From a virus, in IMG/VR virus record IMGVR_UViG_3300004154_000012: a stretch of DNA of 64,000 nt. One strand, 5' to 3'. The translations under genes were made by a program, and so were the position numbers. Numbering within the stretch: position 1 is the first letter of the stretch; the number at the start of each line of letters is the position of its first letter. Of the stretch, positions 17,322-25,487 are shown piece by piece. The notes under the pieces are model-generated. The model did not search any database. It was given only the letters and a program-made list of their open reading frames with translations, and was not told the origin of the DNA.

Positions 17322-18185
17322 TCAGTCCAGGTCGCCATCAAACGCGGCGACCGTCTTCGGCCCGACGACACCGTCCGCAACAAGACGATGGTCGATCTGG
17401 AATTTTTCGACTGCGATTTCGGTGGCGCGACCAAATGCTCCATCAAGGGCCAAGTCCGCACCGTGCCGATTGAGCGCGGATTGCAGTCGTTTGACCGCCG
17501 GGCCACGCGCGCCGATGCGCAGCATCGCAACGGCGGACACCGACGACGTCGGGATGGCCTGAACCTGTCGAGCGGCCGTCGCACCCGCCCGCTCGACGGC
17601 TTCAGCGTAAGCGACGGCCAACTTGCTGTCGTACTGGTTCTCACGGTACCGAGCACCGTTGTAGCCCTCGGCGAAGGCTGCCCAATCATGAACGCGAAGC
17701 ACTGGCGCAAGCCCAGCGTGCAGCACAAACACGCCGAATGCCTGGAGTTGGGCGAACTCAGATTCTGCCATGGCCGCGACGAATTCCTCGACATCGGCGA
17801 ATCCGCAGGCGCGACAGTTCGCCCCCAAAACCTGGAACATGCCCCAGGACGCGGATTTCAGCGCCGCGGCGCGATCGAGGCCGACAGCCTCCTCCAGCCG
17901 GAGGTATTCCCCGGCCCCGCCCTTGTAGAGCTTGCGGTTCCAGGACGGCGAGGAGATGCCCGGGTGGGTCTCGTCATGCCGACCTTCGGTCGCGGCCGAG
18001 AACTTGTGCGCCTCAAACAGGATGCGCGGGCGGCCGGAGCCGTCGGAAAGGAAGCCGCCACAGCCGCCGGTCTCGACGGTCAGGACGGCTTGCACGGCGG
18101 GAAGATCGCAGCCCAACAGCGTCGCAACATACTGCATGTCGGCAGCGCCAAGCGGGCGGGCGGCGCCGGAGAAGGGGAGGGGCAT
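17322..18185 (-). CDS. endolysin: N-acetylmuramidase (DUF3380-like) plus C-terminal peptidoglycan-binding domain
   Basis: Start refined to ATG 18185 (GAGG SD). ILFEAHKF, ASWGMFQVLG and AEGYNGARYRENQYDSKL blocks. C-terminal GPAVKRLQSALN...DGAFGRATEIAVEKFQ...DGVVGPKT is PG_binding_1-like. Confidence 0.85.
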   Translation of the reverse strand: MPLPFSGAARPLGAADMQYVATLLGCDLPAVQAVLTVETGGCGGFLSDGSGRPRILFEAHKFSAATEGRHDETHPGISSPSWNRKLYKGGAGEYLRLEEAVGLDRAAALKSASWGMFQVLGANCRACGFADVEEFVAAMAESEFAQLQAFGVFVLHAGLAPVLRVHDWAAFAEGYNGARYRENQYDSKLAVAYAEAVERAGATAARQVQAIPTSSVSAVAMLRIGARGPAVKRLQSALNRHGADLALDGAFGRATEIAVEKFQIDHRLVADGVVGPKTVAAFDGDLD

Positions 18186-18225
18186 AGCAGCCTCGTGAGG
18201 GAGATGGGTACCCCACGAGTGTCGC

Positions 18226-18233
18226 GTCACGAC
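18226..18233 (-). promoter_or_regulatory. GTCGTGAC junction motif copy
   Basis: Starts 3 nt after the upstream TAG. 40 nt to endolysin ATG 18185, with a small hairpin (CTCGTGGGG...CCCTCACGAG) in between. Confidence 0.6.
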
Positions 18234-18236
18234 CGC

Positions 18237-18824
18237 CTATAGGGCGCTGGAGGCTGCTCGGCAGGCCAGCAGCAGCGCGCACCACTGCACCCCGCCCCAC
18301 AGCAGTTCGCCCCAGGCTGTTTCCGCGTCGACGGGCGCCTTGTCGCCGGCCGCACGCCAGGAATCCAGGACGGGCAGTTTCCACGCCAACCAGTAGAGCG
18401 GTCCCTGAAGGAACCCGGCCAGCACCAGCAGCAGCGCCGCCGGGTGGATCACGAAGCCGATGGGGAGGAGCATCCCATACAGCCGCTCGACACCGACGGC
18501 GGACATGGCGTGCAGATCGTCCGAAAGCCGACCGTCGATATGGGCGATGTCCATCCAGCGGCCATGGGTGTTCAGGAGCATCAGAAAGGCAAGCGCAGCC
18601 GTCAGGACGCCAACAGCGACATGGTCGAGCTGGAAGCCGACCAAAACGCCCGTCGGTATGGCCCAAATCAGTCGGGCTGGCAGGGTGCCGCCGGGGATGT
18701 AGCGGCCCAACCAGCCGCCGCGGATGCGATAGAGGATGGCGCCGACGACGAAGGCGCCGAGCAGGTCACGGGCCAGCAGCAGCCAATCGACGCTGAAGAG
18801 GAACGCGAGGATTTTGGGGAACAT
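18237..18824 (-). CDS. polytopic inner-membrane protein, function unknown
   Basis: Start refined to ATG 18824 (GGAGG SD). About 195 aa with several hydrophobic helices (FPKILAFLFSV..., AILYRI..., LIWAIPTGVLVGF...). First gene of the lysis block. Confidence 0.55.
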   Translation of the reverse strand: MFPKILAFLFSVDWLLLARDLLGAFVVGAILYRIRGGWLGRYIPGGTLPARLIWAIPTGVLVGFQLDHVAVGVLTAALAFLMLLNTHGRWMDIAHIDGRLSDDLHAMSAVGVERLYGMLLPIGFVIHPAALLLVLAGFLQGPLYWLAWKLPVLDSWRAAGDKAPVDAETAWGELLWGGVQWCALLLACRAASSAL

Positions 18825-18861
18825 GGTGGCCTCCAAGGAAGAGTTACCCCTCCATGAGGCC

Positions 18862-18869
18862 GTCACGAC
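18862..18869 (-). promoter_or_regulatory. GTCGTGAC junction motif copy
   Basis: 37 nt upstream of ATG 18824. Lies about 75 nt downstream (in the transcription sense) of element copy b. Confidence 0.6.
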
Positions 18870-18944
18870 CCGAACGAGAACGCCATCTTGCACAGGTCCT
18901 TCGCGGCGACCACGCGATCCAGCTCCGCCAGTGGGAGAATAGCA

Positions 18945-18988
18945 ACCTATATACCTATATACCTAGATAGCTACTTACCTAGCTATCT
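18945..18988 (+). promoter_or_regulatory. dispersed element copy b, and candidate recombinase core site
   Basis: Three tandem 8-mers (ACCTATAT, ACCTATAT, ACCTAGAT; 18945-18968), then the inverted repeat AGATAGCTA-cttacc-TAGCTATCT (18965-18988), which contains GCTACTTACCTAGCTA. Abuts the recombinase stop codon. Confidence 0.55.
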
Positions 18989-19608
18989 TAAATCAGCGCC
19001 ACGACTCGCCGCTTGGCATCGGAATCGCCCTCGATGTACCGCTGTGTGGTGGTGAGGTTGGAGTGCCCGGCCAGTTGCTGCACGTCGCGCAGCGAGCCGC
19101 CCGCCTTGCTGATCTGCCGTGCGGCCCGGGTGATGAAGGTCCGCCGACCGGAGTGACTGGAACACCCATGGAAGCCCAAGGCCCGGTACATCGCCTGGAA
19201 AAGCTGGACGATTGAACGGGGCGTCATGGATTGAACGCATGCCGTGCCGGGCTCGTGCGGGTCCTCCCGCACCGCCCGCTCCGACCGCACGAGCGGCCAT
19301 GCCGGCGACGCATCGTCCTCACCCAGCAGCTCCGCAATCGCATCCCGGAGGAGCGGGTGCATCGGCACCAAACGGCCGGAGCCCTTTTTACAGATCCGGT
19401 TCTCCAGGTGGATCACATCATCGACGGCGCCCAGCGCGTCGGTGACGTGATAGCGGCAGAGGCCGGCAATCTCCATCGCGCGGAGCCCGGCCTTCACCGA
19501 CAGCAGCACCACCACCTTGTTGCGCAGCGGGTAGCGCGCGGTCTCGCACCAGGCCAGCATCCGCTCGACCTGTGCATCAGAGAGGATTTTCGCTTGCTTA
19601 CCAGCCAT
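18988..19608 (-). CDS. short tyrosine recombinase, catalytic domain only
   Basis: 206 aa. R in AGLRAMEIAGL, HxxR in HSGRRTF, and LAGHSNLTTTQRY supplying the His and the nucleophile Tyr. No N-terminal arm-binding or SAM-like domain. Confidence 0.8.
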   Translation of the reverse strand: MAGKQAKILSDAQVERMLAWCETARYPLRNKVVVLLSVKAGLRAMEIAGLCRYHVTDALGAVDDVIHLENRICKKGSGRLVPMHPLLRDAIAELLGEDDASPAWPLVRSERAVREDPHEPGTACVQSMTPRSIVQLFQAMYRALGFHGCSSHSGRRTFITRAARQISKAGGSLRDVQQLAGHSNLTTTQRYIEGDSDAKRRVVALI

Positions 19609-19927
19609 GACGCATGTCCTCCGTCAGGCCCGCTGCGCGCAGCCGGTGTTCCGCCGGCACGCGCGCGAATAGTGCCTGAGTGTCGTGGAGATTGCGTTCC
19701 AGATTCTCAGCCAGCTTCCGCAGATCCTGCATAGCCGACACCAAGCCCGTGAACGCGTCGAGCGTGCCTTCAATCATCGCCGCAGCGTCCAAACTGACAG
19801 GATCGCCCCGCTCGCGCAGTTTGGCGCAAAGGTCCGATGCTTCCCCATGCGCTTTGTCTCGCTCGACATCCTCTACACGCGACCGCGTGGAGCCATGCCT
19901 TTTAACTGTCTTCAAAAAGCTCACCAT
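19598..19927 (-). CDS. hypothetical protein
   Basis: 109-aa ORF overlapping the recombinase start by 11 nt. No motif recognised. Confidence 0.4.
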   Translation of the reverse strand: MVSFLKTVKRHGSTRSRVEDVERDKAHGEASDLCAKLRERGDPVSLDAAAMIEGTLDAFTGLVSAMQDLRKLAENLERNLHDTQALFARVPAEHRLRAAGLTEDMRHGW

Positions 19928-20043
19928 GCGTTCATCCTGTGACTGTAGTCCTGTCGGCTCGTTTCCCGCCGGGACGTTGAATAGCCCTTAGAAGATGAAA
20001 GCCTTGGAAACCCTGGACTTTTGACCAGGATCACGCCCGGCTC

Positions 20044-20077
20044 AACTCAGTACAAAATACAGATTATGTCCTGAGTT
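20044..20077. promoter_or_regulatory. 34-bp imperfect palindrome, copy 1 of 2
   Basis: AACTCAGTACAAAATACAGATTATGTCCTGAGTT, AT-rich, in the gap upstream of 19927. Its partner is at 29289-29322. Confidence 0.5.
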
Positions 20078-20108
20078 TACGCCAGACGTCGCTCCTTGTC
20101 ATCTCCTG

Positions 20109-20354
20109 TCACGTTGCAGGCTGATCGCGCTCCCCTCCTGACTTGAATCGCCCGTGGTCGAAGATCACGGCGCCAGCGAACTCGCCGCACACGATCCGAA
20201 AAACGTGGCGACCGCTGGCCAGCCGCTCATGCCCCATGACGAGGCGCGGAAGAGGTTCCCCGCCGCAGCTCCAAAGGCCGTCGCTTGATCGAGCGAGCCA
20301 CACACCGACCCCACCCTTTATCTTGATCCACCTCCACCCTCTTTTCGGCAGCAT
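20109..20354 (-). CDS. hypothetical protein
   Basis: 81-aa ORF in the leftward early operon. No motif recognised. Confidence 0.35.
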   Translation of the reverse strand: MLPKRGWRWIKIKGGVGVWLARSSDGLWSCGGEPLPRLVMGHERLASGRHVFRIVCGEFAGAVIFDHGRFKSGGERDQPAT

Positions 20355-20364
20355 GCGCTCCTCC

Positions 20365-20703
20365 TCAACCCCGGCTGATCGGAGTCATTTTGCCGCAGTG
20401 GTGGCACTTGGTCCGGCTGCGCTCCATCAACCGCCGCATCTCGTCCTGATACTTCGCCCGCGTCTGGTGCCAGCGCGTTTCCTCCAGCGCCAGACGCTTC
20501 AGGACGTACATCGGATTCAGCCGCGTCCCGCATTGCTTGCAGGTGACGGTGTCCTCCTTCTCATTGACGACGAAGGGCCCGAAGTGCGAGCACTCGCCCA
20601 GGCTCTCGACCACCAGGAACGGCGCGTCGGCACCGGGTGGCTCCTTCCGCTTGACCGGCAGAACGAGGACATTGCCAGGGAGTTGGTCATCATCAACCGG
20701 CAT
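20365..20703 (-). CDS. hypothetical zinc-ribbon protein
   Basis: Start refined to ATG 20703 (ATGA overlap with the upstream stop). CKQC...CHHC pairs. Confidence 0.5.
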   Translation of the reverse strand: MPVDDDQLPGNVLVLPVKRKEPPGADAPFLVVESLGECSHFGPFVVNEKEDTVTCKQCGTRLNPMYVLKRLALEETRWHQTRAKYQDEMRRLMERSRTKCHHCGKMTPISRG

Positions 20704-21128
20704 CAGACCGATCCTTCGACACCACCGGGAGCCGTCAGCAACGGTTCGGCACCATCCTTGCGATACCGGTCCTTGAGGCGGACCGAAACGTTGGCATGAC
20801 GCTCCTCCCATTCCCGACGGTGCAGCTCGCTCTCCCTCTCCAGCACCTCCTGTCGCTTGGCCTCCAGCGCGCTATACTCTCCAGCCTCGACCAGAAGCTG
20901 ATAGACCAGAATGCCAGCTTTGGTAGGACGATATCGCGTGTGATTTACGTCGTCTGCGTAATGTTCAACGAGACCACGCCTGAGAAGCCCATGCATTTGG
21001 GTTCCACCGAAGCCGTAGGATGCGATTGCATCGCCTTTACACAGACTCGCTAACGTTTCAACATGACGCTCAGATAGATCAATTCTGAAAGAGCGCCCGA
21101 ACACATAGTTGCGGAAAGCATCATTCAT
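20703..21128 (-). CDS. hypothetical protein
   Basis: 141-aa ORF, coupled to its neighbours by 4-nt overlaps. Confidence 0.5.
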   Translation of the reverse strand: MNDAFRNYVFGRSFRIDLSERHVETLASLCKGDAIASYGFGGTQMHGLLRRGLVEHYADDVNHTRYRPTKAGILVYQLLVEAGEYSALEAKRQEVLERESELHRREWEERHANVSVRLKDRYRKDGAEPLLTAPGGVEGSV

Positions 21129-21598
21129 GCATCACCTCGCCTCGCCTTATTAAGCATCCGCGCGGCCTCACGCATAATAGGGTCTGCCGCGCTCAGACGT
21201 CGGCGCGCGGCATGAAGAGAATCGCGGGAAGACTGTGGGCCGCGACTTCCCATTGTCACCCGGTTGATCTCATTCAGGGCGTCAAGCAGGTCGCGCATGA
21301 CTTCCGCCTCTCGGGAGGTCTCGCCATTGAACCGCAGTCCGCGAGCCTTCATGTCGTTCACACACGCGGCCAATACGGCTTCCGGGTCCGGCTCCTTGGC
21401 GCATACGGCGAGAAGCACTTCACGGTCAACCGGGCCACGGACGATCACGCGACACATGTCCACGACGTGACCGGCAGTCAGGTGGTCATCCACGGATTCC
21501 CTCCTTTGGCTGGGGTGCATAGGCAGCCTAGCCATCACGCTCTCCGGGGTGTCGTCGCCCTGGGTCGCAGCGGGCGTTTCGGGGGTGGGGTTGGTCAT
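21125..21598 (-). CDS. hypothetical protein
   Basis: 157-aa ORF. Its ATG 21598 lies exactly 14 nt after an ATCGTGAC motif variant. Confidence 0.5.
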   Translation of the reverse strand: MTNPTPETPAATQGDDTPESVMARLPMHPSQRRESVDDHLTAGHVVDMCRVIVRGPVDREVLLAVCAKEPDPEAVLAACVNDMKARGLRFNGETSREAEVMRDLLDALNEINRVTMGSRGPQSSRDSLHAARRRLSAADPIMREAARMLNKARRGDA

Positions 21599-21612
21599 GG
21601 CTGGTCCTTTTC

Positions 21613-21620
21613 GTCACGAT
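21613..21620 (-). promoter_or_regulatory. junction motif variant ATCGTGAC
   Basis: ATCGTGAC-GAAAAGGACCAGCC-ATG, 14 nt to ATG 21598. Sits in a 105-nt gap that also holds a degenerate CCTACCTAG element (21674-21688). Confidence 0.5.
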
Positions 21621-21673
21621 TGGTTGGCCCTGCGGCGATGAACGCAGCAAAAAGACCGGCCAATATGAAAATT

Positions 21674-21688
21674 CCTAGGTAGGCAAGC
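21674..21688 (-). promoter_or_regulatory. possible sixth, degenerate copy of the dispersed element
   Basis: Reverse complement reads GCTTGCCTACCTAGG. It lies in the 21599-21703 gap, or in a doubtful 34-codon ORF. Confidence 0.3.
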
Positions 21689-21703
21689 GCGGCTTCCATG
21701 GCG

Positions 21704-22303
21704 TCACCCCTCCGCGCCTTCACCGGCCTTCTCCGCGACGGGAGGGGTGGGGAGGGAAATCCACCCGGCAATCCATTCGTCAGAGAATCCCCCATGACCG
21801 ACTGGGGCCGCGATGTTCCATCCAACATCGAACCCGTCGTCAGCCAATCCGGGGTGACGCAAAGGCAACTGAATTCCCGCAAAATTGCCGGGCATGTCGC
21901 GCCGCATCATAGCCCAGATAGTCGATCCGTCTTTGCGGGCTTCACCGATCGGACGCCACGGCGACGGCGCGGGCGGGGCGGCGGCAAGCATGGCGCGGTG
22001 GCAGAGAACGGCGGCATCGCCCTTGCTGGCGTAACCCGTCTCGCTGCGCCACCTTTCGAGTTCCACAGCCCCTGCCGTCCACATTTCGGGATTTGGCTCG
22101 ACCGGCACCAGCGCCCAACCTTCCTGCACCACCTCGCGGTCGTGCTCCAGGGCGTCGTGGGGGGCCGTCACGCCTTGGGGGTGATTGAGCGCATCCAGAA
22201 CCGAACGGATAGCGGATTCATCTTTCGGATCAAACATGCAGCGGCAAAGCTGTTCATCCAAATGCTTGGTTGCCGCGTACAGCGTCATCGTGTTGTCGTC
22301 CAT
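21704..22303 (-). CDS. hypothetical protein
   Basis: 199-aa ORF in the early operon. No confident motif. Confidence 0.5.
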   Translation of the reverse strand: MDDNTMTLYAATKHLDEQLCRCMFDPKDESAIRSVLDALNHPQGVTAPHDALEHDREVVQEGWALVPVEPNPEMWTAGAVELERWRSETGYASKGDAAVLCHRAMLAAAPPAPSPWRPIGEARKDGSTIWAMMRRDMPGNFAGIQLPLRHPGLADDGFDVGWNIAAPVGHGGFSDEWIAGWISLPTPPVAEKAGEGAEG

Positions 22304-22650
22304 CTCGGCGCTCCTTTGGATTGCATGGCGGTGAGTTCGAGAATCCAGCGTTGAAAGCCGGTCAGCACCGGAGCGACATTTTCATCGTCTGCCCAACCGG
22401 CGAAGCCGACGAACCCATCCGGATTGAAGGTCACGGCCTCCCGGTCGTCGAAATAGAAAGCTTTGCATCGGAGGGCCACGCATCCACGATCAGCCCATTT
22501 GCGGCGCATCCGATAAGTCCGGTCCATCAATCCGGATGCCCGCATTTCGGCGTCGATCAGGCTGATGAGGCGGCGCGCGGTCGCCGGGGTCAGGACTTCG
22601 TAGGTCAGTCCGCTGGATGTCCAGAGTGCGCGCGCGTCATTTCGGGTCAT
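22285..22650 (-). CDS. hypothetical protein
   Basis: 121-aa ORF, overlapping its neighbours. Confidence 0.45.
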   Translation of the reverse strand: MTRNDARALWTSSGLTYEVLTPATARRLISLIDAEMRASGLMDRTYRMRRKWADRGCVALRCKAFYFDDREAVTFNPDGFVGFAGWADDENVAPVLTGFQRWILELTAMQSKGAPRWTTTR

Positions 22651-23123
22651 GACCGATCCCCATCGGTCTGGCGGGGCAGCGTGCCTTCTTTCAGCGCGTC
22701 GAACTCATCCCGCAGCTTGGCCTGTTCGCGGGCGTCGCGGAGGATAGCCTCACCCTCGACGGTCAAGTCCCAAAGCGTTTCGGCTCCCCACTCTTCACGG
22801 GCCTCCTTTTCAGTCCCTGGGATTGGCTCAAGAAGCCCCAAGGCGACAAGCTGCGGGCCACAGACCACGCCGTCGGTGTCCGCCCAAGCCTGGATCATGT
22901 CGAGCTGGTCGATGATTTCCGCTGGTCGGCCCTGGCATTCTTCGCCGCTACCGCATTCACCTTTGGGACCGAGATCGCCCCCGTGACCGCACCATCCGCA
23001 TTCCGCGCAACGAACTGGCGCGTCTTGGTTGATGGCGACCTCGATAAGCACATGCTCCATAGCCGGAATGGCATGGCCGTAATCGGACCCGGTGAAATCT
23101 GATTTCATTGCATTTTCTCTCAA
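22647..23123 (-). CDS. hypothetical acidic protein with a Cys cluster
   Basis: 158 aa with CAECGWCGHGG...ECGSGEEC. Confidence 0.45.
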   Translation of the reverse strand: MRENAMKSDFTGSDYGHAIPAMEHVLIEVAINQDAPVRCAECGWCGHGGDLGPKGECGSGEECQGRPAEIIDQLDMIQAWADTDGVVCGPQLVALGLLEPIPGTEKEAREEWGAETLWDLTVEGEAILRDAREQAKLRDEFDALKEGTLPRQTDGDRS

Positions 23124-23173
23124 GAGGTGATTGCGCCACGTCGCAAAACGCCCTGGACTCGCGTCTTAGTCGG

Positions 23174-23782
23174 CTAGGTTCCGACCTTGTATTTCCCAAC
23201 CTCATCGCCCCATGTATCCCATCCGGGCGCGCCGGAGCGGCAGAACAGTTCCAGGTACGGCCCACCAACCAGCCGCTCGATCCGGCCATAGATCTCATCA
23301 GGCTTGCGGCTGTGCCCCCGCCGCCGAGAGCTGACCCATCTGCGAACATCCGCGTTCAGACGCTTGGGCCTGCCGCGTGTGGCCAACAGGCATTGTTCCG
23401 GATTCGCCCGCGTCCAGTACCCTGCCCCCATGAAATCCGAGCCGTCGGCATTCTCCTTGGTCCAGTAGAAGCCGACAGTTTTGTACGTAAAGCCCCAGGA
23501 CCGTATGACCTCGAACGCCTTGTCCAGCAGCGGGTCAGTCGCCCACATCAGCAGCACGCAGTCATCGGCCGCCAAGCTGGCGACCGGCAGGGCTTTGATC
23601 TGCTCCAGCGACATGCATCGGTAATGCCGATCCGGACTCCGGCCCGCACCCTTCACGCTGTACGACTTCCACCACCATGCCGGATCGGCATAAATCACGG
23701 GGTAACGCTTGCCAGCAGGTAGGTCGGCGAATGGAGGAGGGTGAGGTTGCATTGAAACGTCAGACGTCATGATCCACGACAT
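23174..23782 (-). CDS. MT-A70 family N6-adenine DNA methyltransferase
   Basis: VIYADPAWWW (DPPW-type catalytic motif), CVLLMWAT, GFYWTK, RGHSRKPDE. Confidence 0.85.
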   Translation of the reverse strand: MSWIMTSDVSMQPHPPPFADLPAGKRYPVIYADPAWWWKSYSVKGAGRSPDRHYRCMSLEQIKALPVASLAADDCVLLMWATDPLLDKAFEVIRSWGFTYKTVGFYWTKENADGSDFMGAGYWTRANPEQCLLATRGRPKRLNADVRRWVSSRRRGHSRKPDEIYGRIERLVGGPYLELFCRSGAPGWDTWGDEVGKYKVGT

Positions 23783-25487
23783 CCATCACAGCCCTCATGA
23801 ACTCGGCTGCAAGTTCCGGGTTGATCGCGTTTCCGGCGCCGCGTAGGAGGCCCACACGATGGGGTATCCCTGAAGCCAAAGGGAATGTGCTGGGTGCAAC
23901 TGGCCGCCAGCACTCATCTGTGCAGAAGAGCCAGTCAACAGTTCCCCATCCACCGTGACGCGTGCCGGGCCGTCCATCTTCGTGCGCCGCAACGTTAGAA
24001 GATGGACCGCTTGATTGTTCAGTTGTTCCCCCTTCGTCCCTCCCCCACGATCTGCAAACGGCGTCGCGTTCGCGTGGCGGAAGTCTCTTGCTGCCGGTGT
24101 CGCCCAGCCCACCAAGCGAGCTTGCTGCGCCGTGGACGATCCCGTCATGTTCTCGGTGATCGTCCCGCCGCGCTCCCCGTCCGTCGCGCTGGGCGTTGCC
24201 CACCCGCTCAACGCCGCCATCTGATCCAGAGGCACCCCGGTGTCCGTCGGCCTCGGCGGCAGGCTGCCCCGCGTCCCGTCCCTCGCAGTCGGCGTGCTCC
24301 ACCCTGCCAATTCCACCGTCTTCCGGCTGCTGTCCGTGTTCCCCGCCGCGTTGTACCCCTTCTGTGCAGGCGTCCCCGCCATGGGCGTTGGCCAACCGGC
24401 AATCTGGGCAACCGCATTCAGGCTGACCGTCGCTTTGCTTCCGTCCGGCCGCCTCCCCGTTGAACTGGCATGCTTGGCCGCCTGGTTGCCTGTGGCATTC
24501 CCGACCGTCGGAGTTGGCCAACCCGTCAGCATGGCGAAGTCGTTCAGATTCGCACCGTGTCGCTCCGATCCCGCCGCTCGCTTGGCTTGCCCCCCGCCCG
24601 ATCCGTCTTGCGCTTGGGGGGTGGGCCACGCCGCCAACATCGTGACGTCGTTGAGATTGGCCATGCCATGCCCCTGCCCCTTCTTGAGCGCCACATACTC
24701 TGCGGAGTGTGCCGGGTAATGATCCCGAGCTTGTGGCGTTGGCCAGGACGAAATCAGGGCCGCCTGGCAGAGATCCTGAGGGCTCCCCTTTCTGCTGATT
24801 TCGGTTAAGGCGCCTTCCAGGGTCCTGGTATTCTTCTCCCCATCGGTCGCCCGCGCGGTTGGCCACCCAGTACAGGCGCTGGCGAATGTTTGGAGCGCCT
24901 GCGACAATTTCTCGGCCAGCCCAATCGGCAAAATGACGCATTTCGGAGGCGAGGTTGGGATCTGGACAATGCAGAATGGCCCAGTCCAGCCATTGTGCTG
25001 CCGCTGTGGCTTGCCACTCCAGGCCGACGCCCGGAGAGCACAGATCGGCGGCCCCGCAGGCATATCCCATTGTTTCCAGGTCAGCTTGTACAGCAGAGTA
25101 CCACTCGCGCCCATCCGCGCTCGCAACCTGCTCTCCAGCGATCGTTGAAGGACCGCGCTCGGCGATAAGGTCGAAAAAAGCGGGCCAGAGGTGTCGCTCG
25201 TCTTCATGGCCTTTTCGTTGTCCCGCGCCCGAAAGCGGCTGACACGGGCAGGAGCCGGTCCAGATTGGCCTGTCGTCGGGCCACCCGGCGGAACGGAGGG
25301 CGAGCGACCACCCCCCAACCCCGGCGAAGAAGTGGTGCTGGGTGTATCCGACGAGGTCGTCGGCCCGAACATCGACAATTGAGCGCTCATCCACGTCACC
25401 GGGTGCGATTAGGTTTGCCGCGATCAGATTCCGAAGCCAACGTGCTGCGAAAGGATCGTATTCGTTGTAGTAGGCGCGACTGGTCAC
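23760..25487 (-). CDS. DNA cytosine-5 methyltransferase; frame A, with a long low-complexity middle
   Basis: FFAGVGGW (motif I), GSCPCQPLS (PCQ), AGEQV (ENV-like), GAPNIRQRLYWVA (motif VIII) and, at the extreme C-terminus, RVGLLRGAGNAINP (motif X). Residues about 215-510 are Arg/Gly/Asp/His/Cys-rich. Confidence 0.75.
   Translation of the reverse strand: MTSRAYYNEYDPFAARWLRNLIAANLIAPGDVDERSIVDVRADDLVGYTQHHFFAGVGGWSLALRSAGWPDDRPIWTGSCPCQPLSGAGQRKGHEDERHLWPAFFDLIAERGPSTIAGEQVASADGREWYSAVQADLETMGYACGAADLCSPGVGLEWQATAAAQWLDWAILHCPDPNLASEMRHFADWAGREIVAGAPNIRQRLYWVANRAGDRWGEEYQDPGRRLNRNQQKGEPSGSLPGGPDFVLANATSSGSLPGTLRRVCGAQEGAGAWHGQSQRRHDVGGVAHPPSARRIGRGASQASGGIGATRCESERLRHADGLANSDGRECHRQPGGQACQFNGEAAGRKQSDGQPECGCPDCRLANAHGGDACTEGVQRGGEHGQQPEDGGIGRVEHADCEGRDAGQPAAEADGHRGASGSDGGVERVGNAQRDGRGARRDDHREHDGIVHGAASSLGGLGDTGSKRLPPRERDAVCRSWGRDEGGTTEQSSGPSSNVAAHEDGRPGTRHGGWGTVDWLFCTDECWRPVAPSTFPLASGIPHRVGLLRGAGNAINPELAAEFMRAVMDVVDHDV
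23795..25399 (-). other. 534-codon ORF in the +1 frame, nested in the C5-MTase gene, encoding eight W-P-T-P repeats
   Basis: The repeats begin at residues 179, 219, 258, 294, 336, 367, 400 and 432 (nt about 24080-24867). Composition is more ordinary than frame A over the same nucleotides. Its status is unresolved: overlapping gene, frameshifted segment or by-product. Confidence 0.3.

Noticed and set aside
18988-19608. Calling the recombinase a chromosomal integrase with attP at 18945-18988.
   Set aside because: It has no arm-binding domain, there is no tRNA-like or att duplication evidence, and a complete rep/par module is present. Dimer resolution is the more economical reading, but integration cannot be excluded from sequence alone.
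21595-21882. A 95-aa ORF, or its 34-codon hydrophobic tail 21595..21699, in the gap between early genes.
   Set aside because: Most of it overlaps the 21704..22303 gene in another frame. The remaining 105 nt hold a junction motif variant and a CCTACCTAG element, so the gap is more likely regulatory. A tiny membrane peptide cannot be excluded.
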